Shown here piece after piece: positions 1 to 6,208 of a DNA stretch of 10,472 nt. The stretch's first letter is position 1, and each line of letters opens with the position of its first letter. The notes beneath the pieces are model-generated. The model had not been told where the DNA came from, ran no database searches, and worked only from the letters and a program-made list of their open reading frames with translations. Source of the DNA: Candidatus Scalinduaceae bacterium (GTDB taxonomy: Bacteria > Planctomycetota > Brocadiia > Brocadiales > Scalinduaceae); assembly GCA_046759445.1 (NCBI GenBank), contig JBHICG010000097.1, positions 1 to 10,472 on the forward strand, given 5' to 3'. A program made the translations under genes and the position numbers.

Positions 1-346
1 TGTTAAATTTGCTACTTAATACCATAAACTCATTTGAAACATCATTATTCTCAATCATATATAATTCCACACAATTAAAACCGATGCCTTCTTTGAGTTC
101 TTCTGTCCACATATCTATTTCAACCCAGTCATTGTTTTCCACCGCCCTTGCCAACCGCCTCATCATTATACCCGCCTTCTTCATGGCCCCTGCCAGACCT
201 TCCTGTTTGGGTGTAAATATTTGCGCCTCTTCAACACTTTCAATCTTTACCTCCTCAGACTTCTTACAGGAAGCAGTGACTATGGACATCCCGATAATTA
301 TGGCAATAATTATGAGTGAATATTTCATTTTTAGCTTTTTTTCCAT
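1..346 (-). CDS. Predicted lipoprotein, alpha-helical, possibly class II (c'-like) four-helix-bundle cytochrome c; 3' end lies outside the window
   Basis: Not in the ORF track. Manual translation of the - strand from ATG 346 (or in-frame ATG 328) is open to the window edge: MEKKLKMKYSLIIIAIIIGMSIVTASCKKSEEVK...LAGAMKKAGIMMRRLARAVENNDWVEIDMWTEELKEGIGFNCVELY...SSKFN. Hydrophobic signal with lipobox-like TAS-C. No CxxCH is visible in the window, so the cytochrome call is inference. Confidence 0.75.
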   Translation of the reverse strand, partial: MEKKLKMKYSLIIIAIIIGMSIVTASCKKSEEVKIESVEEAQIFTPKQEGLAGAMKKAGIMMRRLARAVENNDWVEIDMWTEELKEGIGFNCVELYMIENNDVSNEFMVLSSKFN

Positions 347-402
347 ATATTCTTTGGCTATAAATATAATGTTCATTTTCCTAACCCGAACGAGTCGGAA
401 GT

Positions 403-448
403 GGAATTTAGGCTTTAGCCTTTTATAAAATCCTAAAGGATTAATTCC
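403..448. repeat. REP-like inverted doublet (two 19-nt arms, each with a CTTTAG-loop hairpin)
   Basis: Left arm 403-421 is GGAATTTAGGCTTTAGCCT. The right arm 430-448 read on the - strand is GGAATTAATCCTTTAGGAT. The internal stems differ (AGGC/GCCT vs ATCC/GGAT) but both pair. Confidence 0.6.
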
Positions 449-483
449 TGAATATACTTACTAGACAACGATATTTACCATAG

Positions 484-1344
484 TTAATTTCCTTCCAGCG
501 CCTCTAGCACCTCTATTGCCTGCCGCCGGACAACGTTGTCATCATCCTCCAGTGCATCAATTAAGGGCCCAAGTGCACGGGCATCCTTTATCTTCCCCAA
601 AGCCTCTGCTGCACTCCACCGGACAGTACTGTTGTTATCCTTCAATGCAGCAATCAGGGGTTCAACTGCGAGGGCATCCTTTATATCCCCCAGCGCCCCT
701 GCTGCATCCCTCCGGACAGCGCCGTCAACATCCTTCAGTGCAGCAATCAGGGGTTCAACTGCGCGTGTATCCTTTATCTTCCCAAGCGCCCTTGCCGCAG
801 CGTTCCGCACGCTGCTGTCAACATCCTTCAGTGCAGCAATCAGAGGTTCAACTGCGCGTGCATTCTTTATCTTCCCAAGCGCTGCTGCTGCATACCTCCG
901 GACACTTCTGTCATTATCCTTCAGAGCAGCAATCAAGGGTTCAACTGCAGGTGCGCCTATCTCCCCCAGCGCTGCTGCTGCACTCCACCGGACACTTCTG
1001 TCATTATCCTTCAGAGCAGCAATCAGGGGTTCAACTGAGCGGGCATCCTTTATCTCCCCCAGCGCCTCTGCTGCACTTGACCGTACACTTCTGTCATTAT
1101 CCTTCAATGCAGCTATCAGGGGTTCAACTGTGCGGGTATCCTTTGTCTCCCCAAGCTGCTCTGCCGCCATCTGTCGGACTCTCCTGTCATTATCCTTTAG
1201 CCATGTAATTAAAGTGTCCACTTTATCCGTTTCTTCCGTTTCATCCGTTTTGCCACATCCAACGAACGATATACAAGAAAGAGTGAGCAGCACAATCATC
1301 GCTGCCTTAACAAGGTTCAATGCAGCAAATTTGCTATGTAGCAT
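484..1344 (-). CDS. HEAT/PBS-lyase-like repeat lipoprotein (8 repeats)
   Basis: Eight tandem ~31-aa units with consensus LIAALKDxDxxVRxxAAxALGxIKDxRAVEP. N-terminal hydrophobic stretch with lipobox FVG-C. ATG 1344 is preceded by AAAGGGGGG and is preferred over the GTG at 1383 in the ORF track. Confidence 0.9.
   Translation of the reverse strand: MLHSKFAALNLVKAAMIVLLTLSCISFVGCGKTDETEETDKVDTLITWLKDNDRRVRQMAAEQLGETKDTRTVEPLIAALKDNDRSVRSSAAEALGEIKDARSVEPLIAALKDNDRSVRWSAAAALGEIGAPAVEPLIAALKDNDRSVRRYAAAALGKIKNARAVEPLIAALKDVDSSVRNAAARALGKIKDTRAVEPLIAALKDVDGAVRRDAAGALGDIKDALAVEPLIAALKDNNSTVRWSAAEALGKIKDARALGPLIDALEDDDNVVRRQAIEVLEALEGN
500..1215 (-). repeat. Intragenic 93-bp tandem repeat encoding the HEAT units
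   Basis: Anchor TTCAACTG recurs at 661, 754, 847, 940, 1030 and 1123 (spacings 93, 93, 93, 90, 93). Outer boundaries are approximate. Confidence 0.9.
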
Positions 1345-1486
1345 AATATTTGCCCCCCTTTCTGTATCGCCCCTCTCATCCACTCCCCCATGAGGCTACA
1401 GGGAATAAAAATAATCCAACCCAACTTGGTTTAGATGAACTAAAAATAACTCTGAAAAAAGAAGCTCAATATTCTTCATGAGGAAA

Positions 1487-1861
1487 TTATTCAACCGTAA
1501 TTGTCCCTGTCATTCCCTGATCAAGATGCATCTCACAGTAATAAGGAAACGTACCTTTAGAGTTAAAAGTGTAGGTAAAGCTCCCCTCAGCCATTTTGCC
1601 TGTTTTCCAGAGGCCATCAGGTACACCCTCCTTTCCGTCTTCCCCTAAAATTACTGTCCCACTTGCTACTTCGTGAGCTTTTATGCCGGTCACAACCCAT
1701 TTCACACTATCTCCTTGCTTAATCGTTAATGAAGAGGGAACAAACTCATAATCACCCGTCATCTTAACAATGTGTGTTGTTGCCCCGGATGATGGGGTCG
1801 TTAAAGAGAATATCATTAAGAAAACAACTATATTTAATATAATCACGACTTTTTTCATCAT
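1487..1861 (-). CDS. Exported cupredoxin (plastocyanin/azurin-like type-1 blue copper protein)
   Basis: Signal peptide, FVPSSLTIKQGDSVKW cupredoxin strand, upstream His (KAHEV) and C-x2-H-x4-M loop (YYCEMHLDQGM). Strong SD AAGGAGG just upstream of the start. Confidence 0.92.
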   Translation of the reverse strand: MMKKVVIILNIVVFLMIFSLTTPSSGATTHIVKMTGDYEFVPSSLTIKQGDSVKWVVTGIKAHEVASGTVILGEDGKEGVPDGLWKTGKMAEGSFTYTFNSKGTFPYYCEMHLDQGMTGTITVE

Positions 1862-1930
1862 ATTCCTCCTTAATTTAGTATAAATATTTCAGAAATCATT
1901 ACAATAAAATTCTTGAAAAGATTACTAAAA

Positions 1931-1959
1931 AGTCTACAATTTTTTTGTTTTGATTTCAA
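1931..1959 (-). promoter_or_regulatory. Candidate sigma70 promoter for the cupredoxin gene
   Basis: On the - strand TTGAAA (1959-1954), 17-bp spacer, TAGACT (1936-1931). The region is AT-rich, so a chance match is possible. Confidence 0.45.
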
Positions 1960-2105
1960 GTGTTTTGTTTTGTGTAACGAATGATAGCTAAATTATAAAG
2001 TTGTTTTATTTGTTATTAAACTAGAATAAGCGAGGTTTTCAGTAAAATTGATGGATTTACTTAAAAAAAGTTTAATAAATGTAATAAAATAAAGTTAAAA
2101 AGTAC

Positions 2106-2133
2106 TTGACATTATATTAAAAATTTATATAGT
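2106..2133 (+). promoter_or_regulatory. Candidate distal sigma70 promoter for the Rieske/cytb operon
   Basis: TTGACA (2106-2111), 16-bp spacer, TATAGT (2128-2133). Confidence 0.55.
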
Positions 2134-2295
2134 GTTTGCAAGTCGTCCATAAGACTTGTCCTGATTTTCAGCAAGGGGGGAGGATTAGGTCGTCGTACAC
2201 ATGTTTTGCTTTCCAATTGTGATGTTAATTCCCTCCAAAATTATATAGTTTTTTTCATATCAAAATTCAATTGTCAACTAATACAATGTAAAGCC

Positions 2296-2323
2296 TTGAC
2301 TTTTAGAGAGAAATTTGTAATAT
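2296..2323 (+). promoter_or_regulatory. Candidate proximal sigma70 promoter for the Rieske/cytb operon
   Basis: TTGACT (2296-2301), 16-bp spacer, TAATAT (2318-2323), ending about 64 bp upstream of the Rieske ATG. Confidence 0.5.
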
Positions 2324-2386
2324 GTTTTTCATTAAAAGATAGGGTGATTGCCTTATTAAATTTTGAATTAATAATCGAGTTTAACT

Positions 2387-2899
2387 ATGGCACACGTTGA
2401 TTTATCCAGTGACGAACATTACGAACCGGAATCACTTCTTGAACATCCAAAGACAGTTACCCGAAGAAGTCTTTTCTGGGGAGGCTGGTTAGCGTTCTGG
2501 GCACTTGTTTCTATGTGGAGTCTTGCAGTTGTCCGCTACTTGGTTCCCAGGGTCACATATGAACCTTCAAGTATATTCAAAGCAGGCAGACCCGAAGACT
2601 ACCCTCTTGGTTCCGTAACACTAATAGGTGCACGCAAGGTATGGATTGTTAGAGAGGAAGCAGGTATTTATGCGCTTATAGCAGTATGTACGCATTTATC
2701 GTGTCAGCCTCTATGGCTTGAGAAAGAACAAATATTCAAATGTGCCTGTCACGGAGGGCAGTTTTACAAAAATGGGGTAAATTTTGCTGGACCTCCACCA
2801 AGACCTTTGGATCGCGCTTATGTTACACTGACTGACGATAGGCGATTGCTTATAGATAAAAGTCGAATTGTCGGTTTGGGATTTATTTTACCAGTTTAA
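2387..2899 (+). CDS. petC: Rieske [2Fe-2S] subunit of a Rieske/cytochrome b complex
   Basis: Twin-arginine motif (VTRRSLF) followed by a TM helix. Box I CTHLSC, box II CACHGG, then GPPPRPL. Directly upstream of cytochrome b. Confidence 0.95.
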   Translation: MAHVDLSSDEHYEPESLLEHPKTVTRRSLFWGGWLAFWALVSMWSLAVVRYLVPRVTYEPSSIFKAGRPEDYPLGSVTLIGARKVWIVREEAGIYALIAVCTHLSCQPLWLEKEQIFKCACHGGQFYKNGVNFAGPPPRPLDRAYVTLTDDRRLLIDKSRIVGLGFILPV

Positions 2900-2936
2900 G
2901 GTATCTAAAAGACAACTTATATTTGCTATTTTGGTA

Positions 2937-2965
2937 ATTTTTGTTTTGAACGGCGAAACAAAAAT
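2937..2965. other. Intercistronic stem-loop between the Rieske and cytochrome b genes
   Basis: ATTTTTGTTTTG-AACGG-CGAAACAAAAAT, a 12-bp stem with one G-U pair. Confidence 0.5.
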
Positions 2966-3011
2966 AAATTAGCGATCCGTCTGAGGCAGGATGAAAGGGG
3001 CTAATTTATAA

Positions 3012-3800
3012 ATGGAAGAAGAAAAAGTCAAAGATAAAGACAAAAAAAGAGATATAAAAAATACCCAGGTTTGGAAGGCTATATTTGGAGACCTCTTGTA
3101 TGGTGAATTTAAGATTTTGTCTCCAATAAACAGTCTAATGCGTGCAATTGCTAAGGCAATGCAGTTAAACCCATATAATATGAGTGTGGGTGGGAGGAGG
3201 ATAATAACATATACGTTTTGCCTGGGAGGTTTAAGTGTTTTTTTCTTCTCATTACTTGCATGCACAGGGGCATTTTTAATGATTTATTATAACCCAGATG
3301 TGAATTCGGCTTATTCAAATATGGAAGACATTCGATATGTCGTGCCATTTGGTGTCCTGATAAGAAATATGCATAGGTGGACTGCCCATTTGATGGTACT
3401 GTTCGTAGGCCTTCATATGTTACGTGTTTTTTTAACAGCCGCATATAAACCTCCAAGAGAATTGAACTGGATTGTGGGAGTACTTTTACTGGTAATGACG
3501 TTGCTTGCAAGTTTTACAGGGTATTTACTCCCATGGGACCAATTAGCCTACTGGGGAGTTACTATAGGGACTAGTATGGGGGAAAATTCACCGATAATAG
3601 GGGCAAAAGGCCCTTTTGCAATATTGCCTCCCGGGGGTGATGTAAATTCTATTTTGCTAGGTGGCACGTCGGTTGGACAGCCTACATTATTAAGGTTTTA
3701 TCTTTTGCATGCAATAGCAATCCCTCTCGGTATGGCCGGATTAATGGGTTTTCACTTCTGGCGTATACGAAGAGCAGGAGGGGTTTCTGGACCACTCTAG
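3012..3800 (+). CDS. petB: Cytochrome b6-like subunit (N-terminal half of a split cytochrome b)
   Basis: FCLGG, MHRW...LHMLRVF, YKPPRELNW, FTGYLLPWDQLAYW, TLLRFYLLH...FHF and C-terminal GVSGPL. Four heme-b His ligands, with 14 residues between the helix-D His pair (b6-type spacing). Confidence 0.96.
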   Translation: MEEEKVKDKDKKRDIKNTQVWKAIFGDLLYGEFKILSPINSLMRAIAKAMQLNPYNMSVGGRRIITYTFCLGGLSVFFFSLLACTGAFLMIYYNPDVNSAYSNMEDIRYVVPFGVLIRNMHRWTAHLMVLFVGLHMLRVFLTAAYKPPRELNWIVGVLLLVMTLLASFTGYLLPWDQLAYWGVTIGTSMGENSPIIGAKGPFAILPPGGDVNSILLGGTSVGQPTLLRFYLLHAIAIPLGMAGLMGFHFWRIRRAGGVSGPL

Positions 3801-3846
3801 CTAAAGTCATTGAATTAAAACATTCAGGTTTTGCAGGAAAAACAGA

Positions 3847-4689
3847 ATGGCTGAAATAAAAGACGAATCAAAGGAAAAGGACGAAGTTATTGTCCGCATG
3901 TCAACTAAAGAGTGGGAATACGTTAAGGATATTAACGTAAAAGGCGAATTTAGAGAGGGCTTCGATACTTTAACCGTTAAAGAGCAAGACTATACCGTTA
4001 AACACCTCCGTGATTCTGTTGGAATAGAATTTATTGCCGGACTGATATTTACGTTCATAATAATGGTATGGTCTCTTTTTATGGACGCGCCATTAAAGGA
4101 ATTAGCAGACCCTTCTAACACACCCATTGATGAGAGAGCACCGTGGTACTTCATAGGACTCCAGGAGCTGCTTATATATTTTGATCCATGGTTAGCAGGA
4201 GTAGTTATTCCTACCATTTTGCTTGTAGGTTTGATAGTCATTCCATTTATTGATCCAAATAAAGAAACTGGTATTGGCAGGTATACACTTAGAGATAGAC
4301 CAGTAGCTGTATCAGTTTTTGGTTTTGGTTTTGCCATGTGGTATATACTCATAATTATCGGACAGTTTTTTAGAGGTCCGGGTAGAATGTTTTACTGGCC
4401 ATGGGAAGATAAATCTGTTCTAAAGGATGTGCCAGTAACTGAATTGGTAAATTTTCATATCGCCGGTGGACTTGCGTTTTTTATCCTATATTTTGGTATT
4501 GGCGTAATCGTACCACAGTATATATTCAAGAATTTTTGTAAAACTCTAGGCGTTGTGAGATATTATATCTTTATGGCGCTATTTCTAATTATGTTATTAA
4601 TTCCTATTAAGATTTTCTTAAGATATGTGTTTGACGTTAGATACATTTTATCACTTCCTGAAATATTTAATACTGTTCTAAACTTTTAA
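3847..4689 (+). CDS. petD: Cytochrome b subunit IV-like protein (C-terminal half of split cytochrome b) with extra TM helices
   Basis: ADPSNTPIDERAPWYF corresponds to the PEWY region. IPFIDPN motif, about five hydrophobic segments, and position right after the b6-like gene. Confidence 0.88.
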   Translation: MAEIKDESKEKDEVIVRMSTKEWEYVKDINVKGEFREGFDTLTVKEQDYTVKHLRDSVGIEFIAGLIFTFIIMVWSLFMDAPLKELADPSNTPIDERAPWYFIGLQELLIYFDPWLAGVVIPTILLVGLIVIPFIDPNKETGIGRYTLRDRPVAVSVFGFGFAMWYILIIIGQFFRGPGRMFYWPWEDKSVLKDVPVTELVNFHIAGGLAFFILYFGIGVIVPQYIFKNFCKTLGVVRYYIFMALFLIMLLIPIKIFLRYVFDVRYILSLPEIFNTVLNF

Positions 4690-4690
4690 A

Positions 4691-5686
4691 ATGGGTTCTT
4701 ACGCTAAATTAATTTGGTTAACCACGATATCTATCCTGCTGCTAGGTGTTTCAGGCGTGTGGTTTTATAAAGAAATTAATCCTGAATGGAAACAACACCA
4801 GAGGGCCGTTATCCAGGAAAATATAGCTAAGGCGGAAGAGAGTTATGAATTTTGGTCAAATCCAGAATGGGGTGACCCCAAAAAGGCAAAAGAGTTGGAA
4901 GATAAAATTAACGGCTTAAAAAACAAAAGGTTAGAGATAAAGCAGATATTGCTCAAGGGTGAAGGTCTTTGGAGTAATCAAGAGAACGGTCCCAGAGTAG
5001 ACAGGTGTATGACATGCCATATTGATGAAGAGAAGATAGTAGAAGGACATCCAGAAGACCTTCCTATCCCTTACGATATTTATGGATGTTCGGTGTGTCA
5101 TGGTGGGAACGGAAGGGCTCTGGAGACGGAGCCAGCACATGAACATATGCTTGCGGACAGGAAGGCGATGACAAAGGCCCGTGCGGGCTCTGCTGAAGAG
5201 TTTATAAAGATGTGGGAACGACTTCGGGTGTTGAATCCTGAAGAAGAAATAAAGCTACGAAGAGAAAGCTTCTATGGTCCGTCAGGAGAGTATCAGATAT
5301 ATGTGGGAAAGAGAAAATGTGTTAAATGCCATAAAAAGACACATCCGGAACACATCAATAGATGGAGTGCCACAAAGTTTAAGACCTTTGAGAGGATAGA
5401 AAAAGAACCTGATTACAAAAATGGCGATGCGAGTTATAAAAAGCAATGTTATAAATGTCACACAACAGGTTACAGAGAGGACAAGGGTATATATGCGGAG
5501 CAGGGTGTTAATTGTGAGGCGTGTCATGGGCCTGGGGAGGTGTACGGTCATCTAATGGGAGGTGAGGAAAAGGGGAGTGTTGAAGAGGCGCAAAAACTGT
5601 CCCGCATTTCCTTTGATTTTGCTATTTGTGGTGATTGCCATATCCCCAAAAGGCATGAAATGCGTCATAAAGAAAAAAAAGAATAA
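4691..5686 (+). CDS. Membrane-anchored hexaheme cytochrome c (diheme domain plus c554-like tetraheme domain)
   Basis: N-terminal TM helix and six CxxCH motifs: CMTCH, CSVCH, CVKCH, CYKCH, CEACH, CGDCH. The YVG..C..CH / CHTTG / GVNCEACHGPG pattern is typical of c554-like domains. Starts 1 nt after the subunit IV stop, suggesting translational coupling. Confidence 0.93.
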   Translation: MGSYAKLIWLTTISILLLGVSGVWFYKEINPEWKQHQRAVIQENIAKAEESYEFWSNPEWGDPKKAKELEDKINGLKNKRLEIKQILLKGEGLWSNQENGPRVDRCMTCHIDEEKIVEGHPEDLPIPYDIYGCSVCHGGNGRALETEPAHEHMLADRKAMTKARAGSAEEFIKMWERLRVLNPEEEIKLRRESFYGPSGEYQIYVGKRKCVKCHKKTHPEHINRWSATKFKTFERIEKEPDYKNGDASYKKQCYKCHTTGYREDKGIYAEQGVNCEACHGPGEVYGHLMGGEEKGSVEEAQKLSRISFDFAICGDCHIPKRHEMRHKEKKE

Positions 5687-5813
5687 AATTTAATCCCCGT
5701 TTAGAGGCTGTGTCATAATTAAGGTGGTATGATTAATATAAAACAAGTGAAAAACAATTCAAGCAATATGGACAACAATATAATATCACTCGAAAAAAGA
5801 AAGGAGTGATACT

Positions 5814-6055
5814 ATGGCATATCGTTATGGAGGACGCAATCAAATAACGCTATTTCCTTCCAGCACGGGAAGATATGTTAACGCTGAAGACCGTGCCCTG
5901 TAAGAGCGTATGATGCATTTGCGGTAGTACCTTTAGGTATTGATACAATTAATTTCAAAGAACTTGAGAAGATTGACCAACGAGGCACAAAAGTTATTGT
6001 TCCATCACAACGTCAAGCATTACACAACCCTGAAGGGCCGTTTACTAAAATCTAA
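5814..6055 (+). pseudogene. Frameshifted transposase remnant (IS1182-like)
   Basis: SD AAGGAG and ATG 5814 give MAYRYGGRNQITLFPSSTGRYVNAEDRAL* (stop 5901-5903). A shifted frame from 5897 gives PVRAYDAF(AVVPLG)IDTINFKELEKIDQRGTKVIVPSQRQALHNPEGPFTKI*. This resembles an IS1182 transposase N-terminus joined to a much later segment. Confidence 0.65.
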
Positions 6056-6208
6056 ATTGAGCGATTTGTGTAGCCGCAACCTTTAGGTTGCGTAACTTAC
6101 GTGAAATCTTCATATACCCATCAGGTGATGAGAAACGCAAGCGATCAATCTTAAGATTGCCTTAAGCCTGCGGCTAGAGTAAATATATAAAATCGCTCAA
6201 TTTAGATT
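6049..6208. mobile_element. 160-bp MITE-like element containing a REP doublet
   Basis: Perfect 19-bp terminal inverted repeats AATCTAAATTGAGCGATTT (6049-6067) and AAATCGCTCAATTTAGATT (6190-6208). Inside are GTAG-C-CGCAACCTTTAGGTTGCG (6070-6092) and an opposed arm AAGCCTGCGGCTA ending at 6176. Confidence 0.8.

Noticed and set aside
9..428. 139-aa + strand ORF
   Set aside because: Antisense shadow of the - strand lipoprotein gene. It has a TTG start, Ser/Ile/Phe-rich composition and no recognisable motif.
500..1215. Regularly spaced repeats as a possible CRISPR array
   Set aside because: The whole 93-bp unit is repeated in frame within a protein gene. There are no unique spacers and no cas genes.
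516..1393. Long + strand ORFs 516..1208 and 536..1393
   Set aside because: Antisense to the HEAT-repeat gene. They stay open because a stop-free 93-bp unit is repeated.
1862..2386. FNR/DNR-type box (TTGAT-N4-ATCAA) controlling the redox genes
   Set aside because: Only isolated half-sites were seen here and upstream of hao; no correctly spaced palindrome was found by eye.
2206..2400. 64-aa ORF overlapping the Rieske start
   Set aside because: TTG start in AT-rich promoter DNA, overlaps a promoter candidate, and has no protein-like features.
2741..2752. CACH as a contracted CxCH heme-binding motif
   Set aside because: It is Rieske box II (CxxH cluster ligands plus the disulfide Cys), paired with box I CTHLSC.
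5814..6055. Active transposase
   Set aside because: Early stop, frameshift, large apparent internal deletion and no complete DDE domain.
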